In this document: piece after piece, positions 1-13,325 of the stretch | Layout of the letters: every line of letters starts with the position of its first letter | Numbering within the stretch: the stretch's first letter is position 1 | Assembly: GCF_001194135.2 (NCBI RefSeq) | Contig: NC_068990.1 | Location: 70,476,452 to 70,540,451, forward strand | DNA from: Octopus bimaculoides | Lineage: Eukaryota | DNA: 64,000 bases | Direction: 5' to 3' | Notes under the pieces: generated by a model | What the model was told of the DNA's origin: nothing | The model's database searches: none | Seen by the model: the letters and a program-made list of their open reading frames with translations, nothing else | Position numbers and translations under genes: made by a program

Positions 1-194
1 GTTGTTTGACATGCTAGAATTAATGACCAACTCCCACTCAAATCACACCTCCCTGCCATCATAAAAGAACAAAGGAAATATTTGGATAATGTATCTTTGT
101 AGACACAGTATGCATGAATAAAATAGATGAGGTGGTCATGGTTGGATTATATGTCAGCTTGATCAGAACTAGCTTGGAAGTAAACAACATCAAA

Positions 195-2391
195 TATGAA
201 GTACATTTAAAAAGTATCTGACCTTCGGGCATAAAAAAAAAAAAAGAACAATTTTATACATTTCACAAACTTTATTTGATCACTTGCAAAATATTCCCCT
301 TGGGAGTTTACACACTTCACCCTGCAGTTCTGCCACTGTTGGTAATACCTCTGGAACGTCTTCTCTGGAATGTCTTCTCTGGAACGTCTTCTCTGGAATG
401 TCTTCTCTGGAATGTCTTCTCTGGAATGTCTTCTCTGGAATGTCTTCTCTGGAATGTCTTCTCTGGAATGTCTTCTCTGGAATGTCTTCTCTGGAANNNN
501 NNNNNNNNNNNNNNNNNNNNNNNNNNNNNNNNNNNNNNNNNNNNNNNNNNNNNNNNNNNNNNNNNNNNNNNNNNNNNNNNNNNNNNNNNNNNNNNNNNNN
601 NNNNNNNNNNNNNNNNNNNNNNNNNNNNNNNNNNNNNNNNNNNNNNNNNNNNNNNNNNNNNNNNNNNNNNNNNNNNNNNNNNNNNNNNNNNNNNNNNNNN
701 NNNNNNNNNNNNNNNNNNNNNNNNNNNNNNNNNNNNNNNNNNNNNNNNNNNNNNNNNNNNNNNNNNNNNNNNNNNNNNNNNNNNNNNNNNNNNNNNNNNN
801 NNNNNNNNNNNNNNNNNNNNNNNNNNNNNNNNNNNNNNNNNNNNNNNNNNNNNNNNNNNNNNNNNNNNNNNNNNNNNNNNNNNNNNNNNNNNNNNNNNNN
901 NNNNNNNNNNNNNNNNNNNNNNNNNNNNNNNNNNNNNNNNNNNNNNNNNNNNNNNNNNNNNNNNNNNNNNNNNNNNNNNNNNNNNNNNNNNNNNNNNNNN
1001 NNNNNNNNNNNNNNNNNNNNNNNNNNNNNNNNNNNNNNNNNNNNNNNNNNNNNNNNNNNNNNNNNNNNNNNNNNNNNNNNNNNNNNNNNNNNNNNNNNNN
1101 NNNNNNNNNNNNNNNNNNNNNNNNNNNNNNNNNNNNNNNNNNNNNNNNNNNNNNNNNNNNNNNNNNNNNNNNNNNNNNNGAACGTCTTCTCTGGAATGTC
1201 TTCTCTGGAACGTCTTCTCTGGAACGTCTTCTCTGGAACGTCTTCTCTGGAACGTCTTCTCTGGAACGTCTTCTCTGGAATGTCTTCTCTGGAACGTCTT
1301 CTCTGGAACGTCTTCTCTGGAACGTCTTCTCTGGAATGATATGGAGCTCCACTGTTGCTTGCCTCATAGTTTCCTCTTGCAACTCAATTTATGTTGTTCT
1401 TGACCAGAAATGCTTGGATTATGTGGGCAGAATGAGCACGGGCATTGTCCTGATGAAGTTGTCAATTCTTTGCCACCCACGTCAGGCTGCTTTCAATGCA
1501 CAGTATCATGAAGGCGATGTATAACTTCCAGGTAGTATTCCTCATTGACTGTTTGGCCTTGTGGTGCATACTCATGATGCACAATACCACAAGAGAAAGA
1601 AACAAATCAATATTACCTTCATATTGCTGCAAACCTGGCCTTGGTGATAATGGATACTTCCATTGGGAGGACTCGAACTTGGTTTCTGGGTTGTAACCAT
1701 AAATCCATGTTTCATCAGCAGTGATGATGGTCTTCGTGAAGTCTGGTTTGCACAGTCCAGAATGTCCTGAGTGATTTCCATGTGGAGTTTCTTCTGCTGC
1801 TTCTCCAGCACCTTGGAGACGAATTTTGCCTGCACTCTCCACTTGCATAAATCTTCCATTAAAATGGGATACACTTTTTCTGTGCTTGTTCCCACTTTCT
1901 GAACAGTTTTCTGGATTGTCACATGATGGTCTTTCATGACTTCACCGAACCTTCTCAATCAACTCCTTGTTTCAGCTTGTGAATAACCCACTTGAGTGTG
2001 TATCAATCTCCACTGAGCTGTGGCCATGTTTGAGCCAGTTGTAGCACTCCTTGATCTGAGTTTTGCACATGGCATCAATGCCAAAGGCCTGCTGAATCTT
2101 CAGGATAGTTTGAACTTGAGCATCACCAAGCTTTTGACAAAACTTGATGCAGTATGTCTGCTCAATGCATTTGGTCATCTTGCATGAAAACGAAAATGCA
2201 ATGAGTGCACACTACATGTCTGTACATTAGGCATAACAGTCAGGAACTGACATGGCCTACCAGCATGAACATTTTCATACATGCACAGAAACAGTGGCAT
2301 CACCTCACCTCCCCACCAAAAGATTTTGCCGCTGCAGTATTAGCTTTGGTGGGAAAAAATAAAGTTAAGTACTTTTTGTATGTACCTTGTA
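195..2391 (-). mobile_element. Decayed full-length mariner (DD34D-type) transposon, expanded by an internal minisatellite
   Basis: Minus-strand transposase fragments: YCIKFCQKLGD..QTILKIQQAFG (2178-1972), IITADETWIYGYNPETKFESSQWK (1848-1462) and C-terminal FQRYYQQWQNCRVKCVNSQGEYF. Degenerate TIRs: tatgaagtacatttaaaaagtatctgacctt at 195 and the reverse complement of aaagttaagtactttttgtatgtaccttgta ending at 2391. Length minus the repeat is about 1.2 kb. Frameshifted. Confidence 0.9.
349..1338. repeat. 14-bp tandem minisatellite (CTCTGGAAYGTCTT)n spanning an N gap
   Basis: Units read directly on both sides of the gap at about 498-1179. The C/T variant is at one position of the unit. Confidence 0.95.
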
Positions 2392-2550
2392 TGTTGTTAT
2401 CTCTTCTAATATCTGATGAACTGTCTTCAGTTTTCCATTCTTAGGAAAGCATTACTTACATAATAAGGAGTTGCGTTTCCCAAACTTTCACCATTTAAAA
2501 TGAAGTCTTCCTGATATTTAGTTACATATTCTGTAATTATATTTTTGTAT

Positions 2551-2717
2551 GCAGGTGCAAATGTGGCTGTACTGTAAGAAATTCGCTACCCAACAACATG
2601 GTTCTGGGTTCAGTCACATTGCATGGCACCTTGGTCAAGTGTCTTCTACAAAAGACCCAGGTCAACCAAAGCCTTGTGAGTGGATTTGGTAGATGGAACC
2701 CAAAACAAGTTCAAAGC

Positions 2718-2722
<5 letters not shown>
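2551..2722 (+). mobile_element. 5' half of bipartite tRNA-like SINE, followed by (TG)n
   Basis: gtggctgtactgtaagaa...ggttctgggttcagtc (B-box-like)...caaagccttgtgagtggatttggtagatggaa. The same sequence recurs at 4841, 15612, 16090, 28368 and 38110. Confidence 0.75.
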
Positions 2723-2756
<34 letters not shown>

Positions 2757-2757
<1 letters not shown>

Positions 2758-2935
2758 CATCATCATCATCATTTAATGTCTGTCTTTGATGCTGTCATGG
2801 GTTGGACAGTTTGACAGGTCCTGATGAGCCAGAAGACTGTGCCAACTCTACTGTCTGCTTTGACATGGTTTTTACAGATGGATGCCTTTCCTATTGCCAA
2901 ACACTTTACAGAGTGGACTGGGTGCTTTTTAACAA
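2757..2935 (-). mobile_element. 3'-end fragment of RTE LINE (or RTE-tailed SINE) with (GAT)n tail
   Basis: catcatcatttaatgtc...catgggttggacag...gatgcctttcct is homologous to the 3' UTR of the RTE at 62497-62975. Confidence 0.7.
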
Positions 2936-5057
2936 TATTTCTTTCTAATTTTTGTTCAAGGCCAGAAGTTTTGAAGTCAGGATGGTGGTTAGTTCATTAA
3001 ACTGACCCCAGTTCTTGACTGTTATTTTATTTTTATCAACCCTGAAAAGATGAATGCAAAGTTGATCTTGCTGGGGTTGAACTCAGAATGTAAAGAGTTG
3101 GAACCCATACTGCTAGGCATTTTCTCTGGTATTCTAACAATTCTGCTATTCCACATAATGATGTTGATGGTGCTGGTGGTGGCTGCACTAGTAATGGCAG
3201 TTGCGGCGGTGGTGGCGGCGGCAGCAGCAGCAGCAGCAGTAGCGATGGTTGTTGTTACCTCAACAATTATTTTACTAAAGTAAAGATTTAATAGAAAATG
3301 AAGGATTTAAAATCAGAAGGTAGAAGGTTCAAATTGAATGGAATCTAAGAATTTAATATATTTTTCGAGATGAAAGGAATGTGGAGAAAAAAAAAAAATA
3401 TCTGTCAATGAATTCTCTATGCGATGGTGGACATTTATTTCTATAAATTAGTTAAATTAACAAATTATTTAAGGAGAGTGAGCAAAGAAACAACTCCTCT
3501 TCAAGATACCATCATATTGTTGTTGTTGTTGTCATCACATTCCGTCAGTTGACTGAAAACCTATTTTTAAAATGCTATCTGAAATATTTGTTGGAGACAC
3601 AGGAGACAGGAGATTGTAATGCCTGTCATGGCTTTCTGTATATCTGCCATTGATTCTCTTTATTCCTGACCTGAATTACTGGAACTTAACGATGCTAAGA
3701 CCCAGTAATGGGGTTGAAATTACACAATAGTCACACACACATGCACATGTGTACATACATATATACATGCATACGCACACACACACATTCATACTGAGAA
3801 TGTGAATATAAAAAAGCATTGGTATATGTTGTGGCCCATATGGTAGGAAATGCATTTCGTTTATGATGTACAAAATATAAATTCCTTTTCTTCACTATTC
3901 TAGACTGCAACTGCTGTTGTTCCCTAAACTTCTTTGTCATGATGCTTTTACCACTCTTATTTTCATTTTTTTTATTTTCTTTCTTTTCTGTCACAGAGCA
4001 AAAGAACTAGAACTTTCTTAATGAAGACCATTTGTTAGGTTAAAGAATTTCAAGAACTTTGAATTTTCCATTTTTTTTATCTTATATATTATTTAAGGCA
4101 CATAAATATTGATTTTTATGGGGATTGTTGTTGTTGTTATATCAGTTGTTTGAGATTAATTTGAAACAAACTTGTGTTGGGTGGAGCATGTAGTGCTAGT
4201 TGTTGTTTTGGTGGGTGAGAGATGTTTGGTTCTTTTACTCTAACGAGTTTTGGAATGAAATAAGTAAAGGAGAAGGAGAAAGAGGGGAATATAAGGTAAA
4301 ATTTTGGAGATGTTTTTGATGTTAAAAAAATGTCTAGAAAATAAAAAAAAAAGGAAGGGAATGAAGGCGTAGAGAAAGAAATGAGAACAACAAAGCAATA
4401 GTTTGTAACGAAATCAATTCCATCTATCTCTGAACTAGACTTTCATGTATATGTCTTGTGAAAATTCTACCATGTAATTATTGCTTCTTGAAGCCAAATC
4501 AATTCAAGACAAAAAAGACAGAAAGAAAAATGTTGTGAGCTGAGGGTATCTACAAGAGATTTCCATACATTAGTTCAGTTCTGACTCACTACATAAATAG
4601 TTTAAAACAATAGTAATAGCAACAACAAGGTAAGACAAGGTGAATGATACCTAAAACTATTTGGGAGTGTCACTGATCTCAGAATAAATTTGTGTGCAGT
4701 TCAAGAAGATTTGAAAGAATATAAGAATGTGTGTGTGGCTGTGTATATGTACATACATGTGTGTGTGTGTGTATGTATGTATGTATGAATGAATCTTCAG
4801 AAAAATTTCCCTGTTATTCCTCATTAATTCTACAGATGGGGCAGGCATGGCTGTGTGGTTAAGAAGTACACCTCCCAACTACATGGCTTTAAGTTTAGTC
4901 CTACTGTGTGGATCCTGGGACAAGTGTCTTCTACTATAGTCCCTGGCAGACCAGAGCCTTGCCCAGTGGCTTATGGTAGACAGAAATGGAAAGATTCCCC
5001 CCCCCACACACACACACATATGTATATATAATATATATATATGTGTATATATATATG

Positions 5058-5089
<32 letters not shown>

Positions 5090-5092
<3 letters not shown>

Positions 5093-6043
5093 TGCATTGG
5101 ATAAGTTGTCGCCATTTTATATTTTCAATTTTGGGCATGTGCATTGTTGTTTCTGATTTTGTTGACTACACAGTATAGTTGGGCACCATCTGTGAGAAAA
5201 ACAGCACCATAACACAATTCATTCTGTCAGAAATTTGGAAACGACATGCTGTACTGCTTCGCATTCATGCCAGAAGCTCCAATACAAACATTTCAGAGTG
5301 TTTCAATGTCAATCTGAGGACATACAATTTGAGGACACGTACCGAGAGTGATAAAAATCAAACATCCAGTCAATATCATGGTGTTTGGAGTGATCACTAG
5401 TGATGACAACATTATGCCTCCATTCATCTTCCCACACAGAGGCTTACATTAAATGCTGCCAATCATGGATCATTCGAGGAGGAGGACTTGTTCAACAACC
5501 GAGAGGAGAACTTCATCCAAGGAAGGTCATGTTGAGTGTATGGTGGGATATTGAAGGAATTGTCCATTATGAACTGTTAGACAACAATCAAACAATTTCT
5601 GCTAATCTCTACTGTGATCAACTTCATTGTTTTAAAGCTGCTTTGAACAGAAAGCAACCCTGCTTAGTCGACAGAAAGAGTGTCGTTTTCCACACAGCTT
5701 GATTGACCAAAGATCTTTTGGAAGAGTTTGGTTGGGAAATATTGCTCCATTATCCATATTCTCCAAACCTTACTCCTGATTATCACTTGTTTCGGGGACT
5801 ACAGAACCATTTGAATGGTCTTAGGTTGACATCAAGAGAAGAGGTTGAAAATGAGTTGGGTTCATATTTCACATCAAAATCCAAACAATTTTTTAAGTGT
5901 GGCATTTATAATCTTGTTGACAGATGAAATTAAGTTCTAGAAAGCAATGGAAATAATGTTAATGGATAAATATTGTCTTCATCATGGGCTTTTTCAATTT
6001 CAATAGAGACCTTAAAATCAGCCATCACCCTTGCACCAACCAT
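5090..6043 (+). mobile_element. Decayed mariner transposon (Hsmar1/cecropia-like motifs)
   Basis: HPRKVMLSVWWDIEGIVHYELL and HYPYSPNLTPDYHLFRGLQNHL. The right end ccatcacccttgcaccaaccatata resembles a mariner TIR. Frameshifts are present. Confidence 0.9.
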
Positions 6044-6398
6044 ATATACATATATATATATATATATANNNNNNNNNNNNNNNNNNNNNNNNNNNNNNNN
6101 NNNNNNNNNNNNNNNNNNNNNNNNNNNNNNNNNNNNNNNNNNNNNNNNNNNNNNNNNNNNNNNNNNNNNNNNNNNNNNNNNNNNNNNNNNNNNNNNNNNN
6201 NNNNNNNNNNNNNNNNNNNNNNNNNTTCCAATGAATTTTTTAATTGATTAATAGAGACATTACATCTTTAGAAAAAAACATTTTCATATGGTGAATTCAA
6301 GAATCACAACACTCAAAAACATTCAAAAGCCAATAGTATGTGCGCCTTGATGATTCTATAACCCTTGCTGATCTATTATATATATGTGTCTGTATGTA

Positions 6399-6433
<35 letters not shown>

Positions 6434-7272
6434 GTGTGTCCTTGTTTTGATATCATGTGATAGTTATATAATATGAGTGTCACTGTTATAAAGGCACTGT
6501 GTCATTCACTTCCAGTGGCCTGCAAAAACATAACTGCATATGGGGAAATATTAACATGCTTGGAAACAGGTGAGGGTTGGCGGCAGGAAGGGCATCTGGG
6601 CATAGAAAATCCGCCTCCATAAACTTTGTCTGATCATGGAAAAGTGGATGTTAAAATAATGGTGATGAAAAAATATGATGCTGCTTTATAACAAAGCCTT
6701 TCCTACTTGAAACCCAGGACCATGCATAAAAGGGCTGGGATTATTCGAAGAAAACAGGATTTAAATTTCATTGATGGAATTGGGGAAGAGGCAGTGGAAG
6801 TTGCATGAGCAGAGGAGGAGGAGGAGGAGGAGGAAGAGGAGGTGGTATACCCCAATCCTGGTACATACATACTACCTCATCTTTATTACTAGTGAACTGC
6901 TTTAAATAGAAGTATACTATCACCACCACTACCATCACCTATTCCTCTCAGAATTTTCAGAAAGAATGGTATAATTTGATTTCACTGAGTTCGCCTCCTC
7001 CACCACCATCACCATTACCACCACCCTGCTTCTCCTGTTTGTTTCTCCTCTGCATTTTTCTACCTTATTTATTTTTCTACCAGTTGTTTATCCTATTGCT
7101 GTCTTTCGAAAGGAAATAAATACTGTTTCCATGGTCTACAGCTTCTGTTAGGGTTTTTTTATTTTTATTTTTTTATTTTTTGCAGCGAACATTCCCCAAA
7201 ACATCTCCCAGCAAATTTAAGGAATGTCTGCTTTTGGTGTACATTTTGCTGTCTAGTTGCTCTGACATTCTC

Positions 7273-7304
<32 letters not shown>

Positions 7305-8873
7305 CTTTTTACAGAATGACACTGCCATAGCAAATGGCAAAATAAAAATCAAGAAAAATTTTTTTTAAATGAAAAGGAATGAGAGAGATAGAGAGAGAGA
7401 GAGAGAGAGAAGCATATTTGCTGGGGCCTTATTTGAATTTCAAATGACCAAAGAGTCAAATATATCCAAAGTATTTTATCAAAGCATTTCTCAACTGAGT
7501 TTATTGTTATAGTCTGTATCTCTACTGTAATATGTACTTATACTGCTATATTGTTGCTGTATGTTATTCTACTTTGCTACAATCTTTATCTATGTTGTTA
7601 CTATAACAAAAAGAAAGAGGATCGAAGGGCCTTCCTGAGCCATAGGCTCATAAAGCCAGTTTCTCATATTCTGTAGCATATATATTCACCCTGGTCTGTC
7701 ACCAGATTACTCATTTCTGCCAGCTGAGTGAACTAAAGCAACAGGAAATGAAGTGTTTTGCATTGCTCAGTCCAGGAATTGAAACCATATTCTTTTGATC
7801 TTAAGTATTACACCATAACCACTAAGCTACATGTCTCACTATGCTATACTGTCGTATGATGTGTTTACACTATTATTATTTTGTTGCTATATTTCATTCT
7901 ATTCTGTTATAGTCTATGCAGTTACTACATTATGTACTATACTGGTATAGTGACAATCTATACTGTTACTATATGTTGTACTATTGTATTACACCCTGTA
8001 TCTGTGCAGTTACTATGCTATGTACTATATTGTTATAGTCTATATAATTACTAATCTATATAGTTACTATATTATATACTGTTACAATCTCTACCTAAAC
8101 AATTACTATACTATGTACTTACTATACTGTTATAGTCTGACTAAAACAAGAAATGGAAATTTAATTTAATTGGAAGAAACTTCTCAAAGCAAGAAGGAAG
8201 TAGTTCTTGATAAACAGTTGCAGGGTTAGCACAGTCATCATCACTAATTATATCAAACAGAATAACGTTTAGAATGTAGACTGTGGTATTACTAATACAT
8301 CTTAGACATCTGCAGCAGCACTTAAAGAGGATGTTACACATACACGCACACACTAGTCATGAGGTGCAACAGTGCCCATAACCATTTCATGTGTTCTTAG
8401 ATTGGAGGATGGGAGCTGTTAAGGTGAGAGTATTTCAGAATTAACTTTTGAAATTCCTTATTGAAGAGAAAACGCATGGATAAGTGAAATAATTGTTGAG
8501 TAGACAGAGTTTTTGTGAGGAACAGATGGGCTGGATAAAATATTTTGTGTGGGGTGGCAGTGGTGAGGATCTGTAGTGTGAGTCATATTAGGGTTGGTGA
8601 GAGGAAGGTAGGTAGTTAATTTAAATGTGGTATACAGGTAGTGAGTACTAACCATTAAAGCAATGGTTCAATGATCAGAGAGAGAGAGGAGGGCAGAGGA
8701 CAAAACTTATTAGCGACTAAATAGTTTAAAGTTGGTGACGAAAAGTTTGACTAACAGACTGAGAATATGATTTGAAAAATGAATGTATGCTAGTAGTGGG
8801 AGCACTGTATCATGTTGTGTGCAGTGTTCCAATGTAGGACACTGTTGCATTATCAGCATATTTTTGTAGTTGG

Positions 8874-8911
<38 letters not shown>

Positions 8912-8916
<5 letters not shown>

Positions 8917-9324
8917 CAAGTCATCCCATAAGTTCTGTCCGAATTTTGAATAAAGAAACAAGTGATCGAATGTTATATTTAATTGAAATTTAATCATCAA
9001 TGTACTTTCCCTGATTATCTATGACTTCCTTCCATCTATTTACAAGCTTTTTACTCCCATCAATGTAAAGAACTCTGAAATGTCAGTTCCAACCTCCTCC
9101 TGGCTTGCGAAAGTTATGTCCCCCAAATGATTCTGTAAACTATGAAACAAATGGTAGTTTGAAGCAGCAAGGTCAGGAGAATAAGGTGGATGAGGAATTT
9201 TTTCCCAACCAAACTCTTCGATCTTCTGTGATGTGAACTTTGCAGTGTGGGGTCATGCATTGTCCTGTTGAAACATCACTCCTTTTCGATTCACTAAAGC
9301 AGGTCTTTTTTTCTTCAAAACTTG
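8912..9324 (-). mobile_element. Mariner 3' fragment running into an N gap
   Basis: Minus strand reads IPHPPYSPDLAASNYHLFHSLQNHLG. TIR-like tacaccaagtcatcccataagttctgtcc lies next to (TA)n. Confidence 0.85.
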
Positions 9325-10227
9325 NNNNNNNNNNNNNNNNNNNNNNNNNNNNNNNNNNNNNNNNNNNNNNNNNNNNNNNNNNNNNNNNNNNNNNNNNNNN
9401 NNNNNNNNNNNNNNNNNNNNNNNNNNNNNNNNNNNNNNNNNNNNNNNNNNNNNNNNNNNNNNNNNNNNNNNNNNNNNNNNNNNNNNNNNNNNNNNNNNNN
9501 NNNNNNNNNNNNNNNNNNNNNNNNNNNNNNNNNNNNNNNNNNNNNNNNNNNNNNNNNNNNNNNNNNNNNNNNNNNNNNNNNNNNNNNNNNNNNNNNNNNN
9601 NNNNNNNNNNNNNNNNNNNNNNNNNNNNNNNNNNNNNNNNNNNNNNNNNNNNNNNNNNNNNNNNNNNNNNNNNNNNNNNNNNNNNNNNNNNNNNNNNNNN
9701 NNNNNNNNNNNNNNNNNNNNNNNNNNNNNNNNNNNNNNNNNNNNNNNNNNNNNNNNNNNNNNNNNNNNNNNNNNNNNNNNNNNNNNNNNNNNNNNNNNNN
9801 NNNNNNNNNNNNNNNNNNNNNNNNNNNNNNNNNNNNNNNNNNNNNNNNNNNNNNNNNNNNNNNNNNNNNNNNNNNNNNNNNNNNNNNNNNNNNNNNNNNN
9901 NNNNNNNNNNNNNNNNNNNNNNNNNNNNNNNNNNNNNNNNNNNNNNNNNNNNNNNNNNNNNNNNNNNNNNNNNNNNNNNNNNNNNNNNNNNNNNNNNNNN
10001 NNNNNNNNNNNNNNNNNNNNNNNNNNNNNNNNNNNNNNNNNNNNNNNNNNNNNNNNNNNNNNNNNNNNNNNNNNNNNNNNNNNNNNNNNNNNNNNNNNNN
10101 NNNNNNNNNNNNNNNNNNNNNNNNNNNNNNNNNNNNNNNNNNNNNNNNNNNNNNNNNNNNNNNNNNNNNNNNNNNNNNNNNNNNNNNNNNNNNNNNNNNN
10201 NNNNNNNNNNNNNNNNNNNNNNNNNNN
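9325..10227. other. Assembly gap (N run); others at about 498-1179, 6069-6225, 41680-41804 and 54989-55210, plus short runs
   Basis: Read directly. Confidence 0.99.
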
Positions 10228-10272
<45 letters not shown>

Positions 10273-11282
10273 GAATTACAAGTAGCACTAGTGTTGCAAA
10301 CATCATTGACCATACATACTCAGTGTATGTGCTTTGCTTGTTCACCAGTAAGCTGCAATTAGTATGGTGGAGATGACTCCATCAAAGTGCTCAGTGTTAA
10401 AAGACCTGAAAGTCATAGGCAGGTAAGACAACTTACCCCAAATCCCATTCATGAGTGATGGACATCGATGTTTTGCCATTTTTGTGGCTCATCAACATCA
10501 TGTACCTGAAACAAATTGGAGGTGAACTGAATTGCCAGTCCATGACTATATACAAATAGTGTAAAAAGCATATAGTTGGTATATATGTACCTTATAGTTT
10601 TTGTGTGTGTATGTGTATTACTAGTGTCCCATAAAACACACACCCTGTACACTCTGTAAAGTGTAAGGTTGTGAGGAGTTGTCAAAGATATGACAATTCT
10701 CATGAAATAAATGCATCCAGTCCATTCTGTAAAGTGGTTGATGATAGGAAGGACATCAAGGTATAGAAACAAAACACATGAGCAAAATGTAGTCGCCTGA
10801 GATGCTTTATTGAAGACAAGTAGGACCTGTGAATATTTCACGGAATTAATGGTAAGCCTACTGGGTTATTTTTGAAAACTATATCCAAAAACCTGAAAGT
10901 ATAGCATATGTTGTGTCTGTATGGAAAGATAGTCGCTAATCTGCTATCCATTGAAAAGTGAAAGAAATTGGAATACGATGATTACTTAATGCACTTTATA
11001 TATACACTTTATATACTTTATGCACAATTTCATAGACTTAATACACAGCGCTCATAAAATAAATATTCACTCTTATTTTCCATTTTTCCATTTAGCAAAA
11101 AAAAAAATCCCCATACATATGATACAACCCTTCGTTAAATTGCATATATCTGCCACATAAGCGTGAATATTTCACAGAATTGCACTTACGCTCATGCAGT
11201 AAATGATATGTGATATAAAAAACTTAGTTCAATTTAAAAAAATACACTATTCACTCACCACCTTCTCCACCACCACCATCAC

Positions 11283-11314
<32 letters not shown>

Positions 11315-12003
11315 GCCTTTCTTTAACCTCACCGTTAGAACATCACCCCTCTGCTAAAATTATATTTTTAACTCTCTTCCTCTTTCAACTAACTTTTTTA
11401 CCCCCGTGATAGATATTACATTCCTCCTACCTCACGTCATGGATGCTTCTCTCTCCCTCTTTTTTTCTTTCTCCATCTTTTTTCTCTCCCTCTTTTTTCT
11501 CCTTCTTCTTTCTGTCTCACTCTTTGCCTTATCCTCTTTTTCTTTCTCTTCTATTTCCCTTCAACTAATCAAGTGAAAGCGTTACAATTACATTCCCTCT
11601 ACCTCACGTCATGGATGCTTCTGCCTCCCTTCTTTCTCCCTCCCACTTTCTCTCTCTCTCCTTTCTCCCTCCCACTTTCTCTCTCTCTCTCCTTTCTCCC
11701 TCTTTTTCTCTGATCACATGCAAGCATTACCGATAGGCTAAGTAATGCAATAACAAGGAGAATTATTGTAAGATTCTTCAATTTCTTCTACCATTTCCAT
11801 ACTTAAACTACCCTATTATCACTCTAATTACCTCCACTATGAATTATAACACCTCAGTAACCTGCTGTTTCTAGCTAGCCATCTGAATAGCTCACCAAAT
11901 ATTTTGAAATTTTTCCTTCAAGGTCTCTGCCAGTTCATTACACTTGGTACTTAAATTCTTTTGATGAGAATTTTTTAGCTGATGTTACAAAAGGTATACA
12001 AAA

Positions 12004-12905
12004 TATTGGGTCATCCCATGAATAATGCAATATTTTCTATTGCATGAACTAAAAGTCGGAGGGGGAGGGGGTAAATTACCTGCACCAACTTGCTATAAAA
12101 GCAGGTAGTAATTTTACCTTGTACTTATTCTTAGTGCAAGTTTTGAAGAGTGCAGTTCGATTTTAACTGTTATTTTTTCAAAGCTATTATAGAAGTGACA
12201 AAGGAGCATGTTTAGCATATTTTGCTTTGTGTGTTCAATAAAGGCAACAACGCAATGGAAAGTGCAAGGAATATTATTGCAGTGTATGGAGATCAGACAA
12301 TAAGCCAGTGTCAACAATGGTTCCAAAAATTCTGAGCCGGAAACTACAGCCTAGAAGACAAACCTCATCCTGGAAGATTTGTTGAGCTTGATGAGGACAT
12401 CCTGCAAACCCTGGTGGAACAAAATCCCATCATAACCATTGAGGAACTAGCAGAGAAGCTTGGATTTGGTCATTCAGGCCATTGCTAGAAGAAAAACGAC
12501 TATCTTTGGTTTCAAGACAAAAAGCATTTTTCCATCAGGATAATACTCGGCCACATACAACAAGTATGACATTCAAAGGCTTGAACAGTTTGAATGGGAA
12601 ACGATGCCCCACCCACCATATTCACCGGACATTGCCCCATCTGATTATCATTTATTCTGCAGTCTTCAAAATCATTTGGATGGAAAAGATATGAATTTTG
12701 TAAATGAGGTCAGAACAGTATTGGAGGAGTATTTTTCATCATGGACAAGTGAGTTTTGGAAGAGGAACCTTGCAAGTCTACCAGATAGATGGAAGAGCAT
12801 TGTAGAAAATGGAGAGTATATTTTAGATTAAAATAGAACTTTATCTTAATTTTGAAAAATAAAAGAAGTATGAAAAAACTGCATTATTTATAGGATGGCC
12901 CAATA
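12004..12905 (+). mobile_element. Internally deleted mariner with both TIRs
   Basis: Left tattgggtcatcccatgaataatgca and right tgcattatttataggatggcccaata. Contains FFHQDNTRPHT and MPHPPYSPDIAPSDYHLFCSLQNHLDGK...WKSIVENGEYILD. Confidence 0.92.
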
Positions 12906-12949
12906 TTTCAACTCACAGCAGTTGCTGCTTCTGTACAAGGCTCAAGGAA

Positions 12950-13325
12950 TGTCCACAATGGTGAACTTTTCTCATGTCCAGAGAATGACCACTTGACTGA
13001 TTGGCATTCAGCCACTTATGGACACACACCAGCCTCTGACCCACAGATGTACTATCTCCTTTCTCTGTCTTTTCTACTGCTACTATTATGACCTCTGTTC
13101 TTCAAAAACTTGTTTCATCTCCTACCTTCATTACTTGGACATCATCAACCTACTCGTCTTTCCTCCTCCCATCACCCTTGTTGAGTCCCCCACCTCATTG
13201 CACTCACCGCTACACTCAGTACGTCCTCTTCAGAACATCATCCCTCTGGAATCTTCTACCTGCTTGTGTCTTTCCCACAGGTGTTGACTTGCAATGGTTT
13301 AAAGGGAACATCCTACATAGATAAT
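12950..13325 (+). mobile_element. 3' end of CR1/L2-group LINE ORF2 (decayed)
   Basis: Across a frameshift it reads HRCTISFLCLFYCYYYDLCSS...YVLFRTSSLWNLLPACVFP...DLQWFKGNI. This matches the typical SLFYRYY..CS.EL / RT..LWNSLP..VFP...L..FK C-terminus. Confidence 0.65.

Noticed and set aside
349-1338. CRISPR-like appearance of the 14-bp array (and the 19-bp array at 60078)
   Set aside because: Units are contiguous with no unique spacers, there are no cas genes, and the context is eukaryotic.
207-1524. Long ORFs of 350-390 aa over the first gap (also 9173-10345)
   Set aside because: Open only because of N runs and the 14-bp repeat; not genes.
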